From: a virus
Taxonomy: Duplodnaviria > Caudoviricetes
Length of the DNA stretch: 64,000 nucleotides
Virus record (IMG/VR): IMGVR_UViG_3300013121_000004
Coordinates: 41,903 to 105,902 of that record
Direction: 5' to 3' (one strand)
Of the stretch, positions 10,288-18,689 are shown in pieces. A program made the translations under genes and the position numbers. The notes beneath the pieces are model-generated. The model was not told where the DNA came from and made no database searches. It was given only the letters and a program-made list of their open reading frames with translations. Position 1 is the stretch's first letter; every line of letters begins with the position of its first letter.

Positions 10288-10674
10288 TTACCCGTATACG
10301 ATCTCATTGAACAGACCAAGTTGCACGATAGCGTCAGCATCATCAGCGTCGAAGTCTGTGTTATCAGCATCGAATCTCCCCGCAATGACGAGCTTAAAGT
10401 CGTTAACCATCGCCCTCCGATAATCGTTATCTGTATTTTCGAACTTGGTAATAAAGCGTTCGACACCGCGCTTAATCATTTCACGGTTGATAATGCATGG
10501 TTCTTCGTCTTCTTCGTAGGCACGACCCCGCGCTTCGTATCCTTCGTAGTCTTCATCGATTCCCTTGTTGTCTTTCGACCAGCGATACGAAGTAGCTTCG
10601 AACCAGTAACCAATACCTCCTTCCATTGCGGTAGTGAAGATGTAGTGATAAAGCTTATCTTCTTCTGTAGCCAT
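10288..10674 (-). CDS. phage hypothetical protein
   Basis: AMEGGIGYW ... DADDADAIVQLGLFNEIVYG; GAGG SD. Confidence 0.65.
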   Translation of the reverse strand: MATEEDKLYHYIFTTAMEGGIGYWFEATSYRWSKDNKGIDEDYEGYEARGRAYEEDEEPCIINREMIKRGVERFITKFENTDNDYRRAMVNDFKLVIAGRFDADNTDFDADDADAIVQLGLFNEIVYG

Positions 10675-11098
10675 TATTACCTCGTTCCGGGTGGCGCATA
10701 CGGTGGGCGCGGTGCTGGCGGCGGCGTATACGCTTTAGATGCATACAAATTTGCCAAGCTGTTAAGTGTGTTTGCCTTCCTGTACTCCCAATCCATGTCG
10801 CCTTTATGTATTGCAGACGTTAGCTCATAGAACGCTAACCCTATTTGGTGTTTGATTTCACTTTCGGTTGGCAACAAACGTCTTCTCCTCTAGAATTTCG
10901 AGGATTCCCTTGAGGTAGTAGTACGTGGTCGCGCTAGGAAGAATCATCTTGGTAGCAAACAGGAGCGCGACAGTTTGCAGATACGTCGGCGTGAATGACA
11001 CATCGAGGCCGCGCGAAATCACCGGGGTCAGAGCCCAAAGGATAAGCGCATTGATGAACAAACCCACGTACGTGGTAAACAGGCTAGAGATATATGCT

Positions 11099-11986
11099 TT
11101 AGTTGACTTCTTCGTCGGTTTCCTCCGTATTGTTGAGAATCCAGTTAGCTACTTTTCGTGCTGCGCTTGACGTGAGAAGGATTTGATCATAGACGCTAAC
11201 ATCTGTCATTCTCTGAGTGATACCTACGCCTCCGTTTTTTGTTTTCTGGATCTTCGTATCACCAATTACGAGATGGTTTGACGCAGTATTCTTTACTAGC
11301 TGCATCAAGTCCATCATTAGACCGTGCACATGCAAGGTTTCCCAGTTGAACAGATGATCGAATCCGCTTGTCTCGGCTGCATGTACGAGGCTATCTACAG
11401 CCGTGAATATAAGCGATGGTGTCGAATAATACTCACCTTCCTTAGAGGAATGATACACCTGTTTAGCTTGAGGGCAAAACATGCGTACAAGCCACCACTC
11501 TAGATCTACGTCGCTATTATGCAGTAGTAGACTAGTACGGGCTTTCTCTAGTACATCGCCCCAATCGGTATCTTCTTTTGTTAGTTGATTGAGCGCGACT
11601 ATAAAATCCTCGTAGAAAGTAGTTGTCGGGCAATCCCTGATGAATTTAGGGATGATTGTTTTGATAAACCAATTACCCACAACCACGTCATGTACTGCTT
11701 TGTTCTCCACACGTCGTGACATACAGAGCGTAGGCAAAATATTTTGTTGCCATTGTGCTCCTAGGAGAGACTCTGGCAAAACAGCGACTTCCATGTTATC
11801 GATAAGCAATCCAATAGCAGGATTGATGAAGAACGGCGGCATATACTCGTCGTATTCGTCGTAGTCGAGCATTACCATTGCTGCTCGATGCGTAGGAGGG
11901 AGCCACTTTCTACGATCGATGTACCGTAGCATTGAGTTCATACTACGGAACTGTTTGAGTTCCTTTTCAGACATTCCTTCTGGCAT
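11099..11986 (-). CDS. hypothetical protein
   Basis: 295-aa ORF; no recognised motif. Confidence 0.65.
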   Translation of the reverse strand: MPEGMSEKELKQFRSMNSMLRYIDRRKWLPPTHRAAMVMLDYDEYDEYMPPFFINPAIGLLIDNMEVAVLPESLLGAQWQQNILPTLCMSRRVENKAVHDVVVGNWFIKTIIPKFIRDCPTTTFYEDFIVALNQLTKEDTDWGDVLEKARTSLLLHNSDVDLEWWLVRMFCPQAKQVYHSSKEGEYYSTPSLIFTAVDSLVHAAETSGFDHLFNWETLHVHGLMMDLMQLVKNTASNHLVIGDTKIQKTKNGGVGITQRMTDVSVYDQILLTSSAARKVANWILNNTEETDEEVN

Positions 11987-12207
11987 TAGTTGTTCTCGTC
12001 GTGTTATTCGTACTTAGCGAACAATGAGTCACGGAATGACAGGACACCCATAAACAAGGCGATCAGATTCCCATTGTAGTGTACTTCGAGCACTCCTCTG
12101 TCGGCTGTGTAAGTCATAGTCGAGCTACTAGGGACACGAAGAAACTTTCGATCATAGTCCGCGAAGAGGATGACGATTTGCTTTGTTGTCTCGTTACCCA
12201 TATTTAG

Positions 12208-12657
12208 CTATACCTTCCTGTAGTGTGGCGCTGGTTTGAGGTCGAAAAAAGTCCCGTTTAGCAGATTGTATGCTAGGAACCCAATTCGCCCGTTACCATC
12301 TATCCACGGATGAATGTACATGAGTTCCTTGTAAAACTCGTGCGGTGTAAGTGCTTTTTCTTTGACAGCCCCCATCAAATTTTCGAATGCACGAGGAACT
12401 AACTTATAGTGTAATGAAGAGCCTCCATTCTGGAATGTTACAGGAACTTTTCGTAATGTTCCATGTGGATAATCATTACTATTTCCCATAGCCAGCCGGT
12501 TTGCTTGGCATAGACTATACGCTGTAAGCGGCATAGAATTATTTTCGGAATACACTCGCATATACTTCCATGCTTCAAGCAGATTGATTACTGCTTTGTA
12601 TTCTGTTTCTCCTTGCCGAATTACTTCTTCTGCGATAGGATGCATTACAGAAGACAT
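12208..12657 (-). CDS. Fic/Doc domain protein
   Basis: IHPWIDGNGRIG matches HPFxDGNGR. Confidence 0.85.
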   Translation of the reverse strand: MSSVMHPIAEEVIRQGETEYKAVINLLEAWKYMRVYSENNSMPLTAYSLCQANRLAMGNSNDYPHGTLRKVPVTFQNGGSSLHYKLVPRAFENLMGAVKEKALTPHEFYKELMYIHPWIDGNGRIGFLAYNLLNGTFFDLKPAPHYRKV

Positions 12658-12714
12658 GAATTTATGTGGAGTGAGATTACTTATTTTGTTTCTCCTTTCG
12701 AGTCGCCAATACTT

Positions 12715-13083
12715 TCAGTCAAGATACACGCCTATATCTTGCCAATCCCATCGTGCAATCAATTCGTTTTTAAGAAAAACGCATTGTCTATCTCCTTTCT
12801 CCATAATGTCTGTAGAGTATACAGATATCTTGTATCCGTTGGAGTGCAGCACTTCTTCGTATCCATTGAACCATTTCTTCAATAGCTCTAAAGAATGAAA
12901 GCCGCACACAAATTGACTGTTTGCTTTGCGCCACAATGGGATTCCAATGTCTTCGTGTGGGTCTTTGTGGTAGGACGACTCGTTGTGAGCTTTCATCATT
13001 TCGTCCATCTTATAGCCCAATACGTTCGCTCTATATGGGCCTTCCCCGTCGATGTTCTCTACACGATATACAACGGTTTCCAT
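12715..13083 (-). CDS. phage hypothetical protein
   Basis: VYRVEN..GEGPY ... CGFHSLELLKKWF. Confidence 0.6.
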   Translation of the reverse strand: METVVYRVENIDGEGPYRANVLGYKMDEMMKAHNESSYHKDPHEDIGIPLWRKANSQFVCGFHSLELLKKWFNGYEEVLHSNGYKISVYSTDIMEKGDRQCVFLKNELIARWDWQDIGVYLD

Positions 13084-13206
13084 TGTAGTATTCCTTACTA
13101 GTCCTCTTGAGTCGTAGAAAGTATCAAACTAGCTCCTGTGTAATCAGATCGCTAGAGTTTACCACTCTCTGTTTGAATGGCGCAATGGCCCGTGTGCGCT
13201 GGATAC

Positions 13207-13662
13207 TCAGCCGTCGTTTCCATCGTCTGTAAACGCAAGCCGCACAATCACCGGGACGAGCTGGCGTCTGTACTCCGCCAAAAGCGGCGCTTCCTTGCGT
13301 TCGTACTCCTCCCAAAGCGGAGCGCGCTGCCGTTCGTACTTCGCCAAAAACGGAGCGCGCTGCCGTTCGTACTCCGCCAAAAGCGGAGCGCGCTGCCGTT
13401 TGTACTCCTCCCAAAGCGGAGCGCGCTGCCGTTCGTACTTCGCCAAAAGCGGAGCGCGCTGCCGTTCGTACTCCTCCCAAAGCGGGGCAGGGAACCGACG
13501 TTCCACCGCCCATTCCACAGCGAGACCAACGCGGAAGGCCCGCTCAATGTTCTCGACCGTGATGGGCATCCCCTCTGGGAATGTTGCCTCGAACAACTCC
13601 CGCTGCTCCGTACACGCACCCCGCAGATGTTTCGCCCGAATCGGGTTCGGTATCCCATTCAT
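13207..13662 (-). CDS. protein with ~7 tandem 11-aa repeats (xxEYERQRAPL)
   Basis: Repeats visible in protein and DNA; GGCGGTGG upstream of ATG. Confidence 0.75.
   Translation of the reverse strand: MNGIPNPIRAKHLRGACTEQRELFEATFPEGMPITVENIERAFRVGLAVEWAVERRFPAPLWEEYERQRAPLLAKYERQRAPLWEEYKRQRAPLLAEYERQRAPFLAKYERQRAPLWEEYERKEAPLLAEYRRQLVPVIVRLAFTDDGNDG
13262..13485. repeat. 33-bp coding tandem repeat, ~7 copies
   Basis: Recurrent aaagcggagcgcgctgccgttcgtac unit. Confidence 0.9.
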
Positions 13663-14196
13663 TGCACCACCGCCTTCACAATGCCCTGTTGCGATAGATA
13701 ATAACGCTCACGAACTATCCTCCTCTGTTGTGTTCCACACATTTGTCCTGTTCCCTTCATTGAAGAAGTACACTGTGCACAACGCGCCATTGTGCTTGTT
13801 CATGAAATACCTGATAGCCTCGCGCTTTGTAAGGGCACGAATGCTATCGGTACTTCCATTCACTGATGCGTAATAAACGCGTGTATACTCCATCCTACAC
13901 GAAGGAGTTACGCGCATTGCGTCGCATGGATGCGACATTCGCTGTGATCTGTTTGACGGATTGGATTGGGTTTTTGTTGCTGGAGATATACGGCTTCCAG
14001 ATAGTTTCCGACACCCACAGTGGCGAAACTCCATCGCGCAACGTACCGTCAGGATTCCATCGCGCGGCAGTCATCTGCGCATCCGGTTTCGGGATGTACT
14101 CCCTGAGCATAACGTTCGAGGTGATCGCGTCATCCAGATACACTCCCGGAAGAAAGCCAAAAACAGACATAGCTAAGGCACCCTTTCATGATGCAA

Positions 14197-14443
14197 TTAG
14201 CGCGTTAAGTTCACCATGTTTAACGCGCTAAACGATTTGCAAGCTGCTGTAAATGTCCAGCCCTTCTTGCGCAGGATTATGCAAAATCGCACACTCGTTG
14301 CACGATATACAACCAAGGTGACCGCCATTTATGCAACGCGTTAAAGGGCAGAATACGCCTAATAATTCGGCCCTTTAACGCGTTATACAAGGGTATCGGA
14401 CAAAGGGGTATTGCAATTCATCGCTTTTCATGCAATCCCCTTT
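14197..14443. repeat. cluster of three inverted repeats
   Basis: TTAGCGCGTTAA 14197-14208/14220-14231; AACGCGTTAAAGGGC 14335-14349/14370-14384; AAAGGGG(T)ATTGCA 14402-14415/14431-14443. Confidence 0.85.
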
Positions 14444-14910
14444 TTGCCGCGTTTATCGAGGCCCGAACATGGCCTCGAAAGCAGCCAACTTGGCGCGCCT
14501 TTCTTCTGCCTCTACAGGCAGAGGTTCGCCACGACCGGGACGTTCTCGCATCACCCGATCGATGCGAATTTCGTGCACGAATTCTTGCTTGCTGGTGGTG
14601 ACCAATTTGTCCTCTCTTGTGGTGGAATGCTGGGGCTTAGAGCGAAACGACGAGGAGGCCGATCGAAGATTCGTTGTCAAGGCATGCGCCACAAAGCGGC
14701 CTTCCCGTCAGGATATACACGCCCTTTGGGTACGCCCACTGGGCGCACCTTGAGCATTTGGTAACGATGTTCTTCTTGAGCATTTCTTTCTCCATCATGC
14801 GTGTTAGATGCGCATCCCCTACTGGTTGTACTACGTGTAAGGCCAGAGGCCAGACACAGATAACACGATGACGATGGCTGCTCCTAGTAAGCAGCTAAAT
14901 GCGCCGATGC

Positions 14911-15426
14911 TCACTTGATCACCCCTTCTGCGCGACTGAGCATGTATCGGAAGAAGTACTTTCCCGTGCCCTTGGGCTTCTTGCCAGCGAGCGCGAGTTC
15001 GGTCATGAAGTGGATAAAGGCAATGCCTTCAGGGGAGCTTTTGCTCCACATTTCCACACTGTCGTGCTGCTTCTTCAGCTTGCTGAAAGCGTGGTGGGCT
15101 TCAAACACGTGCATGTCGATCAGCGTGTCGCGCGAATTCGGCCTCCTCATGACGAATCTAGCCGCATTGTCAGAGTACAATGCGGCTAGCGTTTCAGCCT
15201 CAAATCCGCCATCCCGAAGCGCCTCCTTGGCTTTGTTGAAGTCATAGACCAAGACGAACACATCGAGGTCAGACGAATCAGGCACCTTCTGGCTGTCAAG
15301 GAATCGGTATGACCCGCCGATAAAAGCCCCTCCGAGATTCTCCCATCCAAAAAGCGCCTCCATTGCGGCTTGAATGTTTCCGGCGAGAAGCGCCTTGTAG
15401 TTGTTCTCCAGCGTGTATGCGTCCAT
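14911..15426 (-). CDS. putative minimal nucleotidyltransferase (Pol-beta fold)
   Basis: FIGGS...SDLDVFV (GS + DxD). Confidence 0.55.
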   Translation of the reverse strand: MDAYTLENNYKALLAGNIQAAMEALFGWENLGGAFIGGSYRFLDSQKVPDSSDLDVFVLVYDFNKAKEALRDGGFEAETLAALYSDNAARFVMRRPNSRDTLIDMHVFEAHHAFSKLKKQHDSVEMWSKSSPEGIAFIHFMTELALAGKKPKGTGKYFFRYMLSRAEGVIK

Positions 15427-15429
15427 TGT

Positions 15430-15756
15430 TCAGTGCCCCTTACGTTCAATTTCGTCGAAGATGGCGAGTTTTTCGATCGCGATGCGGTCGAGTTCCTCTT
15501 GATGCTTGCGGTATTCACTGGCCGTGAATGCCTTCGTCGGTGTCACTTCGTACCGCGCACTCAGAGAAGGCGCGGTAACTACGAAGTTCATGCCATCACA
15601 CTCGATAATGGCCTCCTCTCCTTCTTCGAGCCAATCGCCAACTAGGTATTTGGCGATTTCAATGGCGTCTGCACACGTGGTGAAGACCCCAACGATCTCA
15701 TTGCGCACATGATAGAAATCATATGCTTTCTCAAGCAGCCACAGCTGGTTAGACAT
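15430..15756 (-). CDS. hypothetical protein
   Basis: GAGGAA SD; packed in operon. Confidence 0.6.
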   Translation of the reverse strand: MSNQLWLLEKAYDFYHVRNEIVGVFTTCADAIEIAKYLVGDWLEEGEEAIIECDGMNFVVTAPSLSARYEVTPTKAFTASEYRKHQEELDRIAIEKLAIFDEIERKGH

Positions 15757-15759
15757 TGG

Positions 15760-16002
15760 TTATTCCTCCTCTGGGAACGGAAGGCGGATTCCACACCACG
15801 CGCAAAAGCGCACATTGTGGGTCGCCTCGAAATCGAGGCATACCATCCATGTGCGTTCGTTTGTAGCGTAGCCGAGATACACCCACGGCGGCATCGTGAT
15901 GCACACGTGCATACCGGACATGTTCACGTCTTCACCCCACCCTTTGAACGGCTCGCATTCGACGCCGATCATGGTGGTGGACTGTTCGTTATGCTGGAGC
16001 AT
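15760..16002 (-). CDS. small Cys-containing hypothetical protein
   Basis: Ends FCAWCGIRLP (zinc-ribbon half site). Confidence 0.55.
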   Translation of the reverse strand: MLQHNEQSTTMIGVECEPFKGWGEDVNMSGMHVCITMPPWVYLGYATNERTWMVCLDFEATHNVRFCAWCGIRLPFPEEE

Positions 16003-16083
16003 TTAACGCCCTTTCTGTGCGTTTCTGGTGCTATGTACTAGGGTAATACACACACCCTAGTACATAGCGTGGTGCGTTGTGGA

Positions 16084-16917
16084 TTAACCCAGAACGGCGG
16101 CGCGTTCCTGCTGAATCGCCCACTTCCAGCGGTTCATGAGCGCGGACATGTAGACTGGGCGATTCCATTCCCAGTCCTTGAGGATCTCGGGGCGCGCCTT
16201 CGTCTTGCGCCCACCCTGCGGGCCAGTGATGATATCCCGAGGACGAATCCACGAGAAGTCCATGCCGGGATTGTTATCCCGGAGTTCTTGCAGGTACGCC
16301 GCAGCGTCAACGAGCGTACCCTGTTGCCCGTATGTGCTCTCCCGCGCCTGCTGTTCCTGCTGCTCAAGCTGCGCCTTGAGCCTGTCAAGCTCGTCGAGCT
16401 TCTTCAGGATGCCAGCCGAAGGCTGCACTTGCGCCTTCACCTGCTCCATGACAGGCTTCGGAGCCTGCTTCGCAGGAGCCGCGTAGGCGTTTTGCTTCGG
16501 CGCATGCGACCCGTTTACAGGGGCGTGCTTCCCGAGATTCCGCCCTTCATCGCGCGTCATGTTGACGCCTCCGCGCGCTTCGGCCATCAAAGCCGCTTCA
16601 GCAGCCTTCTGTGCTTCGCGTTCGATGGTCGCGCGATTCCGGCTCCCCGGAGGACGCCCGCGCCGTGGCTTCGGCGTAGCCGTGACCCCGAAGTTGTCAT
16701 CGAGGTTCTGGCGAATGGACGTGATGTTCTGAGGAGCCTGCACAGGCGTCCCGAGGACATTCGCAAGGGCGCTTTCAATCGCGCCGTCGATGATGCTCCC
16801 GACGAGCGCATCGATTACCGTGCGCTCAATCATGGGGCCGAGCTTTTCGCTCAGCCGCGCCTGAATCAGTTCTTGAAGCTTGTTCACTATAGTCTCCATG
16901 CGTTTAGAATCCGCCAC
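16084..16917 (-). CDS. putative DNA-binding protein with AT-hook
   Basis: PRRGRPPGSRN AT-hook, coiled coil, basic C-terminal domain. Confidence 0.6.
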   Translation of the reverse strand: MADSKRMETIVNKLQELIQARLSEKLGPMIERTVIDALVGSIIDGAIESALANVLGTPVQAPQNITSIRQNLDDNFGVTATPKPRRGRPPGSRNRATIEREAQKAAEAALMAEARGGVNMTRDEGRNLGKHAPVNGSHAPKQNAYAAPAKQAPKPVMEQVKAQVQPSAGILKKLDELDRLKAQLEQQEQQARESTYGQQGTLVDAAAYLQELRDNNPGMDFSWIRPRDIITGPQGGRKTKARPEILKDWEWNRPVYMSALMNRWKWAIQQERAAVLG

Positions 16918-17009
16918 CCTCTCTTGAGGCCCACCGTATATGCGCCCACATACGATGGAGCACGACTCTTACGCCGTGGCTTAGACTTCCGAGTGCGTGT
17001 GTGTGTGTG

Positions 17010-17531
17010 TTAGGCGAGCTTGCCGTCTGCGAGCTTGGCTGCGAACTGCCCGTTGTTGCCATCCGCGAGCGTGCTACCGCCCACGAGCCGGGACTTCTTC
17101 AGCCCCTTCTCGCTAGCGAGCGCAGTGTACTCGCGCGTGGTAGCCCAGTTGCCGCTTTCCCAGCCGCGCTTATCGCGGTTAGGGAGTTCGCTGAACCCCT
17201 CGCCCGTGGTAGGCGTATGACGCCTCTCCGCCCCTGTCCTGTGGTCGCTGTTCGGATTGCCGAGGTTGTACACCGGGCGCCCCCGAAAGTGCCCGACTAG
17301 GCCGGGCGTTTCATTCACGCCCGACTTGTGCACGTATGGCACGAAGGCAGGGCCACTATCGGCCCCTCGCTGAAGCACGCGCTTGGGTTGCGCAGGCTTC
17401 TCTGCAAAGCCTGCACTCATGGCGTGTGCCGCTGTAGCGGCTCGCAAGGCACGGCGTTCTTCACGCGCCCTATAGGCTGCTTCACGGTCAGCAGTTGCCT
17501 GCTGCATATCGAGCGTGACGACGTAACCCAT
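17010..17531 (-). CDS. hypothetical protein
   Basis: GGAGGG SD; GC3-rich codons. Confidence 0.65.
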   Translation of the reverse strand: MGYVVTLDMQQATADREAAYRAREERRALRAATAAHAMSAGFAEKPAQPKRVLQRGADSGPAFVPYVHKSGVNETPGLVGHFRGRPVYNLGNPNSDHRTGAERRHTPTTGEGFSELPNRDKRGWESGNWATTREYTALASEKGLKKSRLVGGSTLADGNNGQFAAKLADGKLA

Positions 17532-17588
17532 GATGAACCCTCCGAGTGTGTTTGTCGGGGGAGCATAGCTCCCCCTAGGGCGTGTGGA

Positions 17589-17963
17589 CTAGGCGAGCTT
17601 GGCGGGCGTCTTGGCCTTGGCGGGCTGCTTTGCAGCCTGTGCGGGCTTGGCGTAGCGGGCCGCAGCCTCTGCCTTGCGGGCTTCCCGCTTCGCGGGCTCT
17701 TCGACCGACAGGTAGCAGGCCATCCGGCCCTCGCGGTTCACCCATGAGCGTCCGAAGTACACCCGGTATCCCTTCGGGATACCGTGAGCCTTCAGGAAGG
17801 TCGTTGAGAACAGATCCTCCGCAGCGGCTTTGCCGCTGTGTGTCCGCATGTCGTGGGCGATGAACGCCACGACTCGGAACCCTTCGTGGTGGGCTTCCGC
17901 ACGGACACCAGTCTTGCCCTTGGCAAGACCCGTGATTGCGGACTGGATTGCATTGCTGGACAT
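17589..17963 (-). CDS. basic hypothetical protein with Ala/Lys/Pro-rich tail
   Basis: GAGGTG SD; first ORF downstream of the structured RNA. Confidence 0.7.
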   Translation of the reverse strand: MSSNAIQSAITGLAKGKTGVRAEAHHEGFRVVAFIAHDMRTHSGKAAAEDLFSTTFLKAHGIPKGYRVYFGRSWVNREGRMACYLSVEEPAKREARKAEAAARYAKPAQAAKQPAKAKTPAKLA

Positions 17964-17969
17964 GGTACA

Positions 17970-18650
17970 CCTCTAGACAAAGCTCGCGCCTTTTAGGCGC
18001 GGCATAGCGAAAATGTACCTTATTTTGAGCACGCTTCCGCTAGGCCGCGTGTAAAACACGCTTTGCCTTCCCCCGTCCCCCATAAGCGCATATCTTCACT
18101 TGGCGGGCGCAGCTCTCCTACGGACTCATAACCCGGAGGCACGCGGGCCTCAGAGCTGCATAGGGGTTATTACGAACGTTGGCACCACCCAACGCGCTTA
18201 TTGTTAATGTACTCTAGGCACAGCTACCGCCGCGACATAACGTTTCGGCCACGGGTGGCTTGCGCTATGTGGTGAGCATAGCTCGCGCCAACCCTTGACG
18301 TCCCGGCTTCGCCTTACAGGGTCAGCCTTCCGTTCAACGGTAACCTACCTATCGAAGAGTGTTTTGGACATAGCTCACGCCTGCCTGCTAGCTGCCATGC
18401 TAAGGCTCGTTATTGCTATCCCGCGTCCCATAGCTCGCGCTTAAGGTGTCTTGGCTGACCCCTACCGCGTTTGCCCAAAGCTACCGCTCACGTCCGGGAC
18501 AAGTCAACCGAACGTCTAGCTAATGGAATCACTCTTTAAGGTGCGACCGAATCGGTTGAGATTGGATTCGGCAAAGGCCGCAATCGGCCTCGACCCCCAG
18601 AGAATGAACTGTTTCGGCGGTTTTGGCAGGATGTCCTCGGGGGTCTAACC
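17970..18650 (-). ncRNA. candidate large structured non-coding RNA or leader (unassigned family)
   Basis: No credible ORF; at least 10 nested long-range helices whose imperfect positions are G-U on the minus strand; one pseudoknot; six copies of a 13-nt motif. Confidence 0.7.
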
Positions 18651-18689
18651 CACCCGCCGTTTGCATTTCCGCTAGGTTTGCGCAATTAA

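Noticed and set aside
13124-13873. Several long overlapping ORFs on both strands
   Set aside because: Stop-free shadows of the 33-bp repeat; only 13207-13662 has a plausible start and unique flanking domains
16069-17013. 314-aa plus-strand ORF
   Set aside because: Antisense shadow of the GC-rich gene 16084-16917; no SD or motif
18075-18135. Group I intron (GAAGAUAU resembles J8/7) or hammerhead (AUGAGUCCGUAGGA) core
   Set aside because: No matching P7/G-binding site, no interrupted gene, and no CUGANGA...GAAA core
17978-18488. CRISPR or mini-array interpretation of the 13-nt repeats
   Set aside because: Repeats are too short and degenerate, spacing is irregular (47-241 bp), intervening sequences pair with each other, and no cas gene is present
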